Numbered from the stretch's first letter, positions 1-10,317 are shown. The stretch: DNA of 64,000 nucleotides from Pseudomonas sp. (GCF_050739935.1 NZ_JBOICF010000045.1:8404-72403), one strand, 5' to 3'. Notes: generated by a model not told the origin, from the letters alone. Numbers and translations: made by a program.

Positions 1-181
1 TTACAAAAATAATGGTTAGATATATAACGCATTCAAATAGAAACGCTCCCATGCAGTACCGAGTTCGTTGCTAGCGCCCCCAAGCGAGACTCTAACAATC
101 TTGCTGGGTAATGATGGTGGGCTAGGGGACTCCCGAGCTTAGCCCACCACCATCACTATGCATCGAGCGCTTTTAGTACTC

Positions 182-1147
182 TTACTGCGCTGCAGGCTTC
201 CTCTGCGTTTCAGCCTCGACATCCGGCTCCATCTTCCTGAAATACGTCGAAAGCAGCGCCCCCGAGATGTTGTGCCACACGCTGAACAACGCGCTGGGCA
301 CGGCCGCCAGGGGCGAGAAGTGCGCTGCAGCGAGTGCCGCGCCGAGGCCGGAGTTCTGCATGCCGACCTCCAGCGACAGCGACTTGCGCTGGGCCAGGGG
401 CAGTTTGAACAGCTTGCCGGTGAAGTAGCCCAACAGAAAACCGAAGCTGTTGTGCAGGATCACCACAGCCATGATGAGCAGGCCCGATTCAGCGATCTTC
501 GCCTGACTGGCCGCGACCACCGCGCAGACGATCATCACGATGCTGACCACCGAAATCAGCGGCAGCACGTCCACGGCGTATCGCACCTTCTCGCCAAGCA
601 GACGCTGCGCGACCACCCCGAGCACAATCGGCAGCATGACGAATTGCAGGATCGACCAGAACATCTCCATGAAGGATACCGGCAGCCACGCCGAGGCCAG
701 CAGCCAGATCAGTGCCGGAGTCAGCAGCGGGGCGAGGAGGGTGGTGACAGCGGCGATGGCCACCGAGAGCGCCAGATCCCCTTTGGCCAGCCAGGTCATC
801 ACGTTGGACGACGTGCCGCTCGGACAGCATCCGACCAGAATCACGCCCACTGCGATTTCCGCTGGCAGGTGAAACACCTGGCACAGCAACCAGGCAACAC
901 CCGGCATGATCACGAAGTGCGCGACCACCCCCAGCGCCACGCGCCATGGATGACGCACGACTTCGGAAAAGTCGTCCAGCTTGAGAGTCAGTCCCATGCC
1001 GAACATGACCAGCCCCAATAGCGGCACGATCAGGGTCTTCAGGCTGATGAACCAGCTTGGGAACAGGAACGCCAGCACGGCGAACAGCAGCACCCAGTAC
1101 GCGAAGGTATTACCGACAAAACGACTCAATGCAGCCAGTGCACGCAT
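182..1147 (-). CDS. Bile acid:sodium symporter (BASS) family membrane transporter
   Basis: 321-aa ORF with ATG at 1145-1147. It is a very hydrophobic multi-TM protein. The strings GLVMFGMGLTLKLDDF and EVGMQNSGLGAALAAAHF resemble conserved BASS/YocS-type motifs. Overlapping + strand ORFs (158..1021, 540..872) look like high-GC antisense artefacts. Confidence 0.75.
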   Translation of the reverse strand: MRALAALSRFVGNTFAYWVLLFAVLAFLFPSWFISLKTLIVPLLGLVMFGMGLTLKLDDFSEVVRHPWRVALGVVAHFVIMPGVAWLLCQVFHLPAEIAVGVILVGCCPSGTSSNVMTWLAKGDLALSVAIAAVTTLLAPLLTPALIWLLASAWLPVSFMEMFWSILQFVMLPIVLGVVAQRLLGEKVRYAVDVLPLISVVSIVMIVCAVVAASQAKIAESGLLIMAVVILHNSFGFLLGYFTGKLFKLPLAQRKSLSLEVGMQNSGLGAALAAAHFSPLAAVPSALFSVWHNISGALLSTYFRKMEPDVEAETQRKPAAQ

Positions 1148-1305
1148 GGCTTGCTCCTTTTATTGTGGGGTGAACCGGGTACGCAAACTGTAGGAGCCGC
1201 CGGGATGGCGCTCCACCTTGCTGGCGAACCGCAGTATGTCAGCCACTGTTCATGTCGCTTACACAACGGGTTTCGCCTGCAAGTCGGCTCCTAGGGGGCA
1301 GTCGA

Positions 1306-2226
1306 TCAGATACCTTGTGGAATCTCTTCGCCACCCAATGCTTCAAACAACTCTGGCAAAAACTCGCCGAAGGTCAGCATCATCAGGGTGAAGCTGGCGT
1401 CCAGCTGACCGAGTGCATCGTCGCCACCATTCTGCTCGGCTTCGTCCTGCAGCAAATCTTCGAACTTCAGGCGCTTGACGCTCAGCTTGTCGTCCAGCAC
1501 GAACGACAGCTTGTCCTGCCAGGCCAGCGACAGTTGCGTCACGACTTTGCCGGTACTCAGGTGCAGTTGGATCTCGTCGCTGGTCAGGTCCTGACGCTTG
1601 CACTTGACGATGCCGCCGTCTTCGTGGGTATCGCGCAATTCGCATTCGTCGAGGACGAAGAAGTTCTCGGCAGTCTGACCGGACTTGACCCACTCGGTCA
1701 TGATCGCGGTCGGTGCGGTTTTCACGGTCACCGGGCGCACGGGCAGCGAGCCGACCACTTCACGCAAGGTCGACAGCAGGTCTTCGGCGCGTTTCGGGCT
1801 GGAAGCGTTGACCAGAATCAAGCCTTGCTTTGGCGCGATGGCAGCGAAGGTCGACGAGCGACGAATGAACGCGCGCGGCAGGAAGGCCTGAATGATTTCG
1901 TCCTTCAGCTGATCGCGTTCCTTTTTATAGACCTTGCGCATCTGCTCGGTCTCGATCTCTTCTACTTTCTCTTTAAGTGCATCATTGACCACGCTGCCCG
2001 GCAGGATACGTTCTTCCTTGCGCGCTGAGATCAGCATGAAATCACCGCTGACATGCACCAGCGGTGCGTCTTCGCCCTTGCCGAACGGGGCGATGAAACC
2101 GTAAGTGGTCAACTCCTGGCTGGCACAAGCGCGCGCGGGCTTGGTCGCCAATGCGGTTTCCAGCGCCTCGGCGTCAAATGGCAGGTCCTGGGTCAGGCGA
2201 TAGACAAGCAGGTTTTTGAACCACAT
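1306..2226 (-). CDS. rdgC: Recombination-associated protein RdgC
   Basis: The track ORF 1306..2457 runs through the tRNA-Val gene, so it was trimmed to the internal ATG at 2224-2226 ([23 protein letters not shown]...). This gives 306 aa; N-terminus and length are typical of RdgC. Confidence 0.85.
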   Translation of the reverse strand: MWFKNLLVYRLTQDLPFDAEALETALATKPARACASQELTTYGFIAPFGKGEDAPLVHVSGDFMLISARKEERILPGSVVNDALKEKVEEIETEQMRKVYKKERDQLKDEIIQAFLPRAFIRRSSTFAAIAPKQGLILVNASSPKRAEDLLSTLREVVGSLPVRPVTVKTAPTAIMTEWVKSGQTAENFFVLDECELRDTHEDGGIVKCKRQDLTSDEIQLHLSTGKVVTQLSLAWQDKLSFVLDDKLSVKRLKFEDLLQDEAEQNGGDDALGQLDASFTLMMLTFGEFLPELFEALGGEEIPQGI

Positions 2227-2337
2227 GGGGGTACATCTCTCCTTTATACAAAGGGGGGCATTATTCGCTGCCGTGACCCTGCGGCCAACCCTGATGTAAG
2301 CCTTTGGTGGGATTATAAAAATTATTTGAAAAAGTGC

Positions 2338-2366
2338 TTGCCAGAGATTTGATCGCTCCGTAGAAT
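2338..2366 (+). promoter_or_regulatory. Sigma70-type promoter for the tRNA-Val/tRNA-Asp operon
   Basis: TTGCCA (2338-2343), 17-nt spacer, TAGAAT (2361-2366). It is preceded by an A/T-rich UP-like tract (GATTATAAAAATTATTTGAAAAAG) and lies about 20 nt upstream of the tRNA-Val 5' end. Confidence 0.6.
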
Positions 2367-2387
2367 GCGCGCCACACCGAGAGACAA

Positions 2388-2463
2388 GGGTGATTAGCTC
2401 AGCCGGGAGAGCATCTGCCTTACAAGCAGAGGGTCGGCGGTTCGATCCCGTCATCACCCACCA
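2388..2463 (+). tRNA. tRNA-Val (anticodon TAC)
   Basis: 76-nt cloverleaf folded by hand. Acceptor GGGTGAT/ATCACCC, D-arm GCTC..GAGC, anticodon stem TCTGC/GCAGA with loop CTTACAA, T-arm with TTCGATC loop, encoded CCA. Confidence 0.9.
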
Positions 2464-2483
2464 CTCGTTGAAAGGTGTTACGC

Positions 2484-2560
2484 GCAGCGGTAGTTCAGTC
2501 GGTTAGAATACCGGCCTGTCACGCCGGGGGTCGCGGGTTCGAGTCCCGTCCGCTGCGCCA
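2484..2560 (+). tRNA. tRNA-Asp (anticodon GTC)
   Basis: 77 nt. Acceptor GCAGCGG/CCGCTGC, anticodon stem CCGGC/GCCGG with loop CTGTCAC, T-loop TTCGAGT, discriminator G plus CCA. Near-identical in layout to the E. coli tRNA-Asp sequence as I recall it. Confidence 0.9.
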
Positions 2561-2602
2561 TATTGAGTTATGAGGCCCTTGAACTCCTCGTAACGACAAA
2601 GA

Positions 2603-2627
2603 AAGCGACCTTAGGGTCGCTTTTTTT
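2603..2627 (+). terminator. Rho-independent terminator after the tRNA operon
   Basis: GCGACC-TTAG-GGTCGC hairpin followed by TTTTTTT (2621-2627). Confidence 0.8.
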
Positions 2628-2725
2628 GTGCCTGCGATTTGGCGACGACACACCTCGATCTGCTTGTGATTCTGGCCGGTCAATCAATCGCACCGGCCAT
2701 CCCCGCAATCCCATTGTCGAGCCTT

Positions 2726-3766
2726 TCAGCCAGATCCCGCTTGAACCGGCCCACAGCTGGCGCGATGTTCGAACCAGGTCGGCAGAATGACCGCCTCGCT
2801 GGCGTGCGGTACTTCCAACTGCTTGAGCAGCAGTTCAGCCGCGCGCTTACCCAACAAGACGTTGTCGCGCATTACCGTGGCGATGGGTGGTTCGAACAAA
2901 CGGCTCAGCGCCACGTCGTCGCAGCAAATCAGTGACAGTTCGCTGCCTAATGCCACGCCTCGACGGCGGATGACACGTAGCGCCCCTTCAAGCAATTGAT
3001 TGCCGCCCAGAATCACCGCCGTGGGAGCAGGGCTTGAATCCAGCAGCCGTTCCATCGCCTCTTCGCCATGTTCCACGGACAAAGTACCTGAATCGATCAG
3101 AAGGTCAGGCTCAAGGCCAAGGTTGCGATAGCTGTCTTCGACTGCCCGCACGCGCTCGCGAGTCGGGCGCACGTCGCGACCTACGATCAGGCCCAAACAC
3201 CGATGCCCTAACTCAAGTAGCGTGCGGGTCGCTTCACTCACCCCCGAATAGTGGTCCGACAGCACGTAATGAGCATTGATCGTCGTGGGCAGGCTGCGAT
3301 CAATCACTACCAACGGCGTTTCGCTTCGTTGCAGCAGCGCCAGCGTGGCGGGGTCGTCTTCCAGGGCGGGCAGCAGAATCAGGCCATCGACCTGACGCTG
3401 CTGAAGCAATTCGATGCGTTGGGCATCGACGCTGGGCTCACCGCCGGAATTGGTCAGGAGGATGGAAAAACCGGCCGACGTCAGCACACTTTCCGCGCCG
3501 CTGACAATGGACGATAGCAGCGGGTTGGTGATGTCCGAACAGACGAAACCTATTGAGCGGCTGGAGCGCCGACGCAGGCTTTGAGCCAAAAGATTCGGCG
3601 TGTAGCCCAACTGCCTCGCGGCCTCCATCACCCGCTCGGTCATTTTTGCGCTGGAGCCGGGTTGCCCGGACAGTACTCGCGATACCGATGCGATTCCCAC
3701 ACCCGCCAGTTCTGCCACTTCACGAATGCCCGACCGCCCACCGCTTGCAGTGTTCTTACTCATCAA
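2726..3766 (-). CDS. LacI family transcriptional regulator
   Basis: 346 aa. N-terminal HTH IREVAELAGVGIASVSRVLSG followed by a periplasmic-binding-protein-like sugar-binding fold. Divergent from the MFS/dehydratase genes. Confidence 0.85.
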   Translation of the reverse strand: MMSKNTASGGRSGIREVAELAGVGIASVSRVLSGQPGSSAKMTERVMEAARQLGYTPNLLAQSLRRRSSRSIGFVCSDITNPLLSSIVSGAESVLTSAGFSILLTNSGGEPSVDAQRIELLQQRQVDGLILLPALEDDPATLALLQRSETPLVVIDRSLPTTINAHYVLSDHYSGVSEATRTLLELGHRCLGLIVGRDVRPTRERVRAVEDSYRNLGLEPDLLIDSGTLSVEHGEEAMERLLDSSPAPTAVILGGNQLLEGALRVIRRRGVALGSELSLICCDDVALSRLFEPPIATVMRDNVLLGKRAAELLLKQLEVPHASEAVILPTWFEHRASCGPVQAGSG

Positions 3767-3816
3767 AATCCTTTCAGCCGATTAGCACTTGACGTTCGGC
3801 CATGTTCCTTTTATGG

Positions 3817-3846
3817 TTTGGAAACGTTTCCGGAAACGTTTCCAAA
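3817..3846. promoter_or_regulatory. Tandem LacI-type operator: 30-bp perfect palindrome
   Basis: TTTGGAAACGTTTCCGGAAACGTTTCCAAA contains two abutting 12-bp palindromes GGAAACGTTTCC (3820-3831 and 3832-3843). It lies in the divergent LacI/MFS intergenic region. The CG-centred palindrome is typical of LacI/GalR-family operators. Confidence 0.65.
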
Positions 3847-4006
3847 ATGATTTTCGACGACGTGATCATAGCAGAACGAACATGTGCCAAGTGTCCGCGC
3901 TGCTCATCAAGCATCCGTCAAGCGGCCTCACGCATTCATTGAAGAGGCAGCGCGACCCAAGCCCATCCATCGCTAGACCCTCGAAAACTATAAAAAGGGG
4001 CTCATC

Positions 4007-5386
4007 GTGGAATCATCAAGCCAGACGCCGGAAACACGGCGAGCGGTACGCAACACTATCCTCAGCGCCATCGTCGGCACAGCCGTCGAATGGTACGACT
4101 TCTACCTGTACGCGACAGCGGCAGCGACCCTGTTCAACAAATTGTTCTTCCCCTCGTTCGACCATCTGGTCGGCACGTTGCTGGCTTTTGCCAGCTTCGC
4201 CATCGGCTTTTTCGTCCGCCCATTGGGCAGCGTGTTTTTCGGACGCATGGGCGACCGAATCGGCCGCAAGAAAGTGCTGATTATCACGCTGTTGTTGATG
4301 GGTGGCTCGACCACGCTGATGGGGTTGCTGCCAACCTACGCGATGGTCGGCATCTGGGCGCCAATCCTGCTGACTGTACTTCGCGCACTGCAGGGGCTGG
4401 GCTCTGGCGCCGAATATGCCGGAGCGGTGCTGATGGTGGTGGAACATGCACCACCGGGACGCCGCGGCCTGTACGGGGCGATGCCTTATATGGGCGTGGC
4501 GCTGGGTCTGCTGATGTCTCTGGCCACGTTCAATCTGTCTTCGCATCTGTCGCAGGATGCCTTCGAAGAGTGGGGCTGGCGTATCCCGTTTCTGCTCAGC
4601 GCGGTGGTGGTCGCATTGGGCATGCTGCTGCGCTCGACCCTCAAGGAATCACCGATCTTCGAGGACCTCAAACGCCGCAAGGCGGTGGTCAAGGCGCCGA
4701 TCCGGGAAGTGTTTCGCACCTCGCTGCGTCCGATTCTGTGCGCCTGGGGAGCACGCCTGGGCGATAACTCACTGGCGTATATCTACGAATCGTTCGTCAT
4801 TGTGTACGTCGTTCAGCAACTGCACATGGCGCGCAGCACGATTGTCACCGCGCTGATGTTCAGCACCGCGGCGCAGTTTCTCACAGTGCCGCTTTTTGGT
4901 TGGCTGTCGGACAAGGTCGGTCGCAAGCCGGTGTACATGGGCGGGGCGATTTTGTCCGGGCTTGCGATCTTTCCGTTTTTCAAACTGCTGCAGACCCAGG
5001 ATCTGGTGTGGATCTACGCGGGCCTGTTCCTCGTCTCTTCGGTGGCCAAGACCATGATGACCTCGGCGCAAAGCCCATGGCTGGCGGAAATGTTCCCGTC
5101 ACGCATCCGCTACACAGGGTTTTCGCTGGCCCGAGAAGTGACTTCGCCGATTTCCGGCGGTATCGCGCCAATGATCGCCGTTGGCTTGTTGTCCATCGGC
5201 GATGGCTCGCCCCATCTGGTGTCGATCTACGTGGTCGTACTGGCGGTCATCACAGCGTTCTCGGTGTTCATGGGACCGGAAACCGTCAATCGCGATTTGC
5301 GCGACGGGGCTGCCGCCGATGAAGCCAATACGGCGGCAGTCGAGGGTGGGCCGAAGATTTATCCAGCGCCTTCCAGCCGTCCGTAA
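4007..5386 (+). CDS. MFS transporter, metabolite:H+ symporter (MHS) type
   Basis: 459 aa with a GTG start at 4007 preceded by AAAAGGGG. About 12 TM segments. FGRMGDRIGRKKVL matches the MFS loop 2-3 motif (G-x3-D-R-x-G-R-[RK]). Confidence 0.8.
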   Translation: MESSSQTPETRRAVRNTILSAIVGTAVEWYDFYLYATAAATLFNKLFFPSFDHLVGTLLAFASFAIGFFVRPLGSVFFGRMGDRIGRKKVLIITLLLMGGSTTLMGLLPTYAMVGIWAPILLTVLRALQGLGSGAEYAGAVLMVVEHAPPGRRGLYGAMPYMGVALGLLMSLATFNLSSHLSQDAFEEWGWRIPFLLSAVVVALGMLLRSTLKESPIFEDLKRRKAVVKAPIREVFRTSLRPILCAWGARLGDNSLAYIYESFVIVYVVQQLHMARSTIVTALMFSTAAQFLTVPLFGWLSDKVGRKPVYMGGAILSGLAIFPFFKLLQTQDLVWIYAGLFLVSSVAKTMMTSAQSPWLAEMFPSRIRYTGFSLAREVTSPISGGIAPMIAVGLLSIGDGSPHLVSIYVVVLAVITAFSVFMGPETVNRDLRDGAAADEANTAAVEGGPKIYPAPSSRP

Positions 5387-5419
5387 CTGACAAAAATATT
5401 GATAGAAGCGAGAGAAACC

Positions 5420-6583
5420 ATGCGAATTACCAAAGTCGAAGCATTGCACGTCGGTCAATTCATGTACGCCCGGGTCGAAACCGATAGCGGTCTGGTGGGC
5501 GTGGGTGAGGCGGGGGCCTGGGGGCACATTGAGGCGTCCGGTGCCGCCATTCGCCGTTTTGCCGAGTACCTGGAGGGCAAGCCGGCCTTCGATATCGAGC
5601 ATCACTGGAACGTCATGCACCGGTTCAGTTATTTCCAGGGGCTGGCGATCAATGCGGCGATTTCTGCCATCGACATAGCGTTGTGGGACATCAAGGGACA
5701 AGCTCTGAACGTGCCGATCTATGAATTGCTCGGCGGCGCAGTGCGCAAAAAAGCGCGGATTTACGGCCACATCTACGAGAGCTCCATCGAGAAAATCCTC
5801 GAAGAGTGCAAAGCCAAAATGGACGCAGGGTTCACCGCCTTTGGCCATTTGAATCCGTTCCTGGACGAGGGCAACGACCAGGTCTACTTCAAGACCCACA
5901 TCCGCAAGATGCGCGATGCCATCGATAACGTGCGACGGATGCGTGAGGTGGTGGGTGACCGGGTCGATTTGTTGATCGAATTGCACCGGCGTCTGACGCC
6001 TGCCGAGGCGATTACCTTCACCCGTGGCATCGAGGAATATCATCCGATGTTCGTCGAGGATCCTATTCGCCCGGAAGGGCCCGATGCGATGGCGCGGGTC
6101 GCCGACAAGATCCATGTGCCCATCGCCACCGGCGAGCGCTTTTCTACGATTTACGAATTTCAAGCGCTGCTCAGTCGTAACGCAGTGGAATACGCAAGGG
6201 TCGATTTGTGCCTGTGTGGTGGCATAACCGGAGCACGCAAGGTCGCCGCCATGGCCGAGGCACATCATGTTCAGATCGTGCCGCACAACCCGCTGTCGCC
6301 CATCGGGTTGGCGGCCTGTCTGCAACTGGCGGCGGCTGTGCCGAATTTCGCGATCCAGGAATACGCGACAGGATTCGAGGCGGGTATTTTCGAATCCCGT
6401 CCCGAGCATCTGGGCAGCAACATCGTCGATAAAGTGCCATTGCCGCTCAATGGCTTTGTCGACATTCCGAGCGGTCCCGGTCTTGGGATGACGCTGCTGC
6501 CCGATGCTCAGCGCATCCGCCCGCCGCTGTCGAAGCCGATCAGCATGCGGCCGCATTTCGATGGATTCGTAGTGGATCAATAA
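5420..6583 (+). CDS. Enolase-superfamily dehydratase (galactonate/mannonate dehydratase-like)
   Basis: 387 aa from ATG 5420 (MRITKVEALHV...). VGVGEAG..., AISAIDIALWDIKGQALNVPIYELLGG and ...IATGERF... resemble the DgoD/ManD subgroup of the mandelate racemase/muconate lactonizing enzyme family. Substrate not assignable. Confidence 0.75.
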   Translation: MRITKVEALHVGQFMYARVETDSGLVGVGEAGAWGHIEASGAAIRRFAEYLEGKPAFDIEHHWNVMHRFSYFQGLAINAAISAIDIALWDIKGQALNVPIYELLGGAVRKKARIYGHIYESSIEKILEECKAKMDAGFTAFGHLNPFLDEGNDQVYFKTHIRKMRDAIDNVRRMREVVGDRVDLLIELHRRLTPAEAITFTRGIEEYHPMFVEDPIRPEGPDAMARVADKIHVPIATGERFSTIYEFQALLSRNAVEYARVDLCLCGGITGARKVAAMAEAHHVQIVPHNPLSPIGLAACLQLAAAVPNFAIQEYATGFEAGIFESRPEHLGSNIVDKVPLPLNGFVDIPSGPGLGMTLLPDAQRIRPPLSKPISMRPHFDGFVVDQ

Positions 6584-6724
6584 GTCAGTCGCAGCCATTT
6601 GACGTGAACCTCAAGCAGCAGGGCAGCCGAATTCGGCCCTTGCTGCTCGCAGCTCAAGTGTCCCGGCTGGTCTTGATACCCTCAAGCCTTTCGGCCTGCA
6701 TAGACTCCCTGGTGCAGGGTCTAC

Positions 6725-7102
6725 TCACCCCACATCGACTTCCACCACATCCCCCGCCAGTCGCACCGGCCAGGTCCGCAATCTCAATGCCGGGTCCTCC
6801 AGACACGTGCCATCCTCCAGCCGGTAATGCTGCTTATACAGCGGCGACGCAATCACCAGATCGCCCGCCAGGCTGCCTATCAACCCCCGACCGATTACAT
6901 TCACGCCGGACACCGGATCGCGGTTGTCCACGGCAAACAGCTGCGGCGTGCCGCTGATGCAGGCTACGTAGAACAGCGCCACCTGCACGTTACCTACCAG
7001 CGCCACCACGCCGGAGTTGAGCACCAGGTCTTGACGGGCGCACACCGCGCGCCAGGCTTGGGTGTGCGTCATGTCCTTCATAAGCGCGTTGGCGTGGCTC
7101 AT
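6725..7102 (-). CDS. nirD: Nitrite reductase [NAD(P)H] small subunit
   Basis: 125 aa Rieske-like small subunit. Its ATG overlaps the nirB stop (ATGA at 7099-7102), indicating translational coupling. Confidence 0.85.
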   Translation of the reverse strand: MSHANALMKDMTHTQAWRAVCARQDLVLNSGVVALVGNVQVALFYVACISGTPQLFAVDNRDPVSGVNVIGRGLIGSLAGDLVIASPLYKQHYRLEDGTCLEDPALRLRTWPVRLAGDVVEVDVG

Positions 7103-9660
7103 CGTGCGATCTCCTCGACGGGAATAAGGTTGAGTTCATGGGGCCGCGCCGGGCGACGCTGGCTGCGTTCCTTGACGAAATGAATGTCCGGGTCGGCGCT
7201 CTTGTCGTTGACGAAGGTGCGGAAGCGCTTGAGCTTTTCCGGGCTCTTCAGCGCGTTGGCCCACTCACATTCATAACGATCGACCACCAGCTGCATTTGT
7301 TCCTCCAGTTCGACGGCCAGCCCCAGGCTGTCGTCGATGACTACGGCTTTCAAGTAATCCAACCCGCCCTCCAGCGACTCGCGCCAGACCGACGTGCGCT
7401 GCAGCTTGTCGGCGGTGCGGATGTAGAGCATCAGCACCCGGTCGATATAGCGAATCAATGTTTCGTCATCCAGGTCGGTGGCGAACAGCTCGGCGTGGCG
7501 CGGGCGCATGCCGCCGTTGCCGCAGACGTACAGGTTCCAACCGTTTTCGGTAGCGATCACGCCGATGTCCTTGCTTTGCGCCTCGGCGCATTCGCGGGTG
7601 CAGCCAGAAACCGCGAACTTCAATTTGTGCGGCGAGCGCAGGCCCTTGTAGCGATCCTCGATGTTCAGCGCCATCTGTACGCTGTCCTGCACGCCATAGC
7701 GACACCAGGTGCTGCCGACACAGGATTTCACTGTGCGCGTCGATTTGCCGTACGCATGCCCGGTCTCGAAACCGGCGGCGATCAGCTCGGCCCAGATGTC
7801 CGGCAATTCGTGCAACTGCGCGCCGAACAGGTCGATACGCTGCCCGCCGGTAATCTTGGTGTACAGGTCGTATTTCTTCGCCACGGCGCCAATGGCGATC
7901 AAGCCGTCCGGGGTGATTTCACCCGCCGGAATCCGCGGGACCACCGAGTAGGTACCGTTCTTCTGCATGTTGGCCATGAAGGTGTCATTGGTGTCCTGCA
8001 ACGGCACCAGGGACGGGTCCATGATCGGCTTGTTCCAGCACGACGCAAGGATCGATCCGATAGCCGGTTTGCAGATGTCGCAACCGAGATGGCCTTTGCC
8101 GTGACGGGCGAACATGTCCTCGAAGCTTTCGATTTTTTCCACGCGAGCGAAGGCGTACAGCTCCTGACGGGTGAAGGCGAAGTGCTCGCACAGGCTCTTG
8201 TCCACAGCGACACCCCGCGCGGTCAGTTCATGCTCGAACACACTTTTGAGTAGTGCCGAGCAGCCACCGCAGCCGGTCGCCGCTTTGGTACAGGCCTTAA
8301 TGCCTGCGAGATCGGTACAGCCGCCATCGATGGCCGAGCAGATCGCACCTTTGCTGACGTTATGGCAGGAGCAGATGGTCGCGGTGGCGGGTAGCGCATC
8401 GGCGCCGAGCGTGGGTGCGCCTTCGCTGTGGGGCAGGATCAGGCTCGATGGATCGGCAGGCAGCTTGATGCCGTTCTGCGCATATTGCAGCAGGGTGTCG
8501 TAATAGCTGTTGTCGCCAACCAGCACCGCGCCGAGTACCTGTTTACCATCGGCGGACACCACCAGACGCCGATAGCTGCCGGTGGCCTCGTCGATGAAGC
8601 GATAGCTGCGGGCGCCTGTCAGCGCGCCGTGGGCATCGCCGATCGAGCCTACGTCGACGCCGAGCAGCTTGAGTTTGGTCGACATGTCGGCGCCGAAGAA
8701 TGGCTCGGCGTCCAAATCGCACAACTGAGCCGCGACATTGCGCGCCATCTGATAACCCGGCGCTACCAGGCCGAACACGCTGCCGTTCCAGGCCGCGCAT
8801 TCGCCAATGGCAAAGATGTCGGCATCGCTGGTGCGACAGTGCTCATCGATGGCGATGCCGCCGCGTGGGCCCAGCTCCAGCTCGCATTGGCGGGCGAGGG
8901 CGTCTTGCGGCCGGATGCCTGCGGAGAACACGATCAGATCGGTTTCGAGAAATTCATCACCGGCGAAGTTCATCCGGTAGCGATAGTCCTCGCCTTGGGT
9001 GATCGACTGGGTTGCGCGCGACAGATGTACGCCGACGCCCAGGGCTTCGATGCGCGCCTTCAAGGCTGCGCCACCATGGTCGTCCAGTTGCACCGGCATC
9101 AAACGCGGGGCGAATTCGACCACATGGGCTTCAAGCCCCAGCGACTTCAGTGCATTGGCCGCCTCGAGACCTAGCAAGCCGCCACCGACGACCACGCCAC
9201 GTTTGGCCTGGCTCGCCGCAGCGCGGATGGTGTCCAGGTCATCTAGCGTGCGATACACCAGCCGCGAATGGCCTTCGGCGCCCTCGATCGGTGGCACGAA
9301 GGGGTAGGAACCGGTCGCCAGCACCAGCTTGTCGTAGCCAAAACAGCCCTTGGATGTGATTACCTCACGGCGGGCGCGGTCGATTTCCAGCACCGGGACG
9401 CCCAGGTGCAGCGTCAGACCGGCTTGCTCATATAAGGCTGCGTCGCTCAGGGCCAGCGATTCGGCATCCCGTCCGCCGAAGTATTCGGACAGGTGAACGC
9501 GGTCATAGGCGCGCTGGCCTTCCTCGCCAAAGACGTGAATGCGATAGCGCGTAAGGGCACCGCCAGCGATCAGTTGCTCGACGCAGTGGTGACCGACCAT
9601 CCCGTTACCGACGACGATCAGAGTTTGCACATCATCAAGAGGGGCGACAGTGGTGTTCAT
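7099..9660 (-). CDS. nirB: Nitrite reductase [NAD(P)H] large subunit
   Basis: 853 aa. N-terminal FAD/NAD Rossmann motif (VVGNGMVGH), central BFD-like 2Fe-2S cysteines (CSCHNV...CGGC) and a C-terminal sirohaem/4Fe-4S nitrite/sulfite reductase domain. Confidence 0.9.
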   Translation of the reverse strand: MNTTVAPLDDVQTLIVVGNGMVGHHCVEQLIAGGALTRYRIHVFGEEGQRAYDRVHLSEYFGGRDAESLALSDAALYEQAGLTLHLGVPVLEIDRARREVITSKGCFGYDKLVLATGSYPFVPPIEGAEGHSRLVYRTLDDLDTIRAAASQAKRGVVVGGGLLGLEAANALKSLGLEAHVVEFAPRLMPVQLDDHGGAALKARIEALGVGVHLSRATQSITQGEDYRYRMNFAGDEFLETDLIVFSAGIRPQDALARQCELELGPRGGIAIDEHCRTSDADIFAIGECAAWNGSVFGLVAPGYQMARNVAAQLCDLDAEPFFGADMSTKLKLLGVDVGSIGDAHGALTGARSYRFIDEATGSYRRLVVSADGKQVLGAVLVGDNSYYDTLLQYAQNGIKLPADPSSLILPHSEGAPTLGADALPATATICSCHNVSKGAICSAIDGGCTDLAGIKACTKAATGCGGCSALLKSVFEHELTARGVAVDKSLCEHFAFTRQELYAFARVEKIESFEDMFARHGKGHLGCDICKPAIGSILASCWNKPIMDPSLVPLQDTNDTFMANMQKNGTYSVVPRIPAGEITPDGLIAIGAVAKKYDLYTKITGGQRIDLFGAQLHELPDIWAELIAAGFETGHAYGKSTRTVKSCVGSTWCRYGVQDSVQMALNIEDRYKGLRSPHKLKFAVSGCTRECAEAQSKDIGVIATENGWNLYVCGNGGMRPRHAELFATDLDDETLIRYIDRVLMLYIRTADKLQRTSVWRESLEGGLDYLKAVVIDDSLGLAVELEEQMQLVVDRYECEWANALKSPEKLKRFRTFVNDKSADPDIHFVKERSQRRPARPHELNLIPVEEIAR

Positions 9661-9698
9661 ATCGAGTCCCGGCCAAAGCCAATCAGGTTTTTGAAAGC

Positions 9699-9740
9699 AA
9701 AAAAAAGGCGCCCGGAACCTCTCGGTTCCAGGCGCCTTTG
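9699..9740 (-). terminator. Intrinsic terminator in the nirBD leader (candidate antitermination target)
   Basis: On the - strand: CAAAGGCGCCTGGAACC-GAGA-GGTTCCGGGCGCCTTT followed by an 8-U tract. It ends about 39 nt upstream of the nirB ATG, so it lies between the promoter and the gene. Confidence 0.7.
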
Positions 9741-9944
9741 CCTGTTCTTTTATGGGTTGTCACTCGACCACATTGTCGGCAGCAACCTGCGAGCCCATTG
9801 CCTTGTAGGGCAGGCGATCGTCGTTGATCGACCCGGGCCGCCAACCGTATGTAGAGGCTGGACTGGATTGAGGTGAAGCAACGGGTGTGCCAGCTAGGGG
9901 CGCTCTCCCAATCTTCATGGCTGACGCAGAGCCGTGCTTTTTGG

Positions 9945-10103
9945 TTCTGTCCGACGGGCGTAGGAGCAAGCTTGCTCGCGAACTGGCGCGAAGCGGCAGC
10001 AATTCAGCCACCTTGGTCGCAGCAGGCAGACCGCGTTTGCCGGGTTTGCTGCCGGTTCGCGGCAGATCGTCAGCAAGCCGACTCCTACGCCCTCCGGGCA
10101 GAA
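9945..10103. repeat. REPIN-like long inverted repeat (REP doublet)
   Basis: Arms TTCTGTCCGACGGGCGTAGGAGCAAGCTTGCTCGCGA... and ...CAGCAAGCCGACTCCTACGCCCTCCGGGCAGAA are reverse complements. The same element family recurs at 62351-62514. Confidence 0.8.
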
Positions 10104-10317
10104 GCGGGCAGATGGTGGGTCAATAAAGGGGCAAAAACAGTGCGAATCGGGCGCCGTTCGCCCCAATCTGTTGCAGTTAGGCTCGCCGGCGGGAGCCGCT
10201 CTGAATACTCCAACGCCGCCAATCCGTGCCGCTACAGCCCATGTCATTGACGCTGGCCTGCGGTTTGCAACGACCCTGTTACAGGCAGTCAACGCCGATT
10301 GCCATCTTCACGACAAA

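Noticed and set aside
2227-2457. 5' extension of the rdgC ORF given by the track (start at 2457)
   Set aside because: The extension overlaps tRNA-Val (2388-2463) and its promoter. The conserved RdgC N-terminus MWFKNL starts at 2226.
5099-6598. 499-aa ORF on the - strand opposite the enolase-superfamily gene and the MFS 3' end
   Set aside because: Arg/His/Asp/Gly-rich with no motif. It lies fully antisense to two well-supported genes, which is the typical open-antisense-frame artefact of high-GC DNA.
7138-8253. 371-aa + strand ORF, and similar ORFs at 8428..9174, 10521..11507, 37611..38480, 39437..40261, 41408..42304, 44977..45888
   Set aside because: All lie antisense to strongly supported genes (nirB, nitrate reductase, ABC components, Rieske oxygenase) and lack motifs. 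Treated as high-GC artefacts.
9760-10292. Several 79-125-aa ORFs in the nirB/nitrate reductase intergenic region
   Set aside because: They run through the REPIN and the leader hairpins on both strands. Their translations are Arg/Ala/Pro-rich with no RBS.
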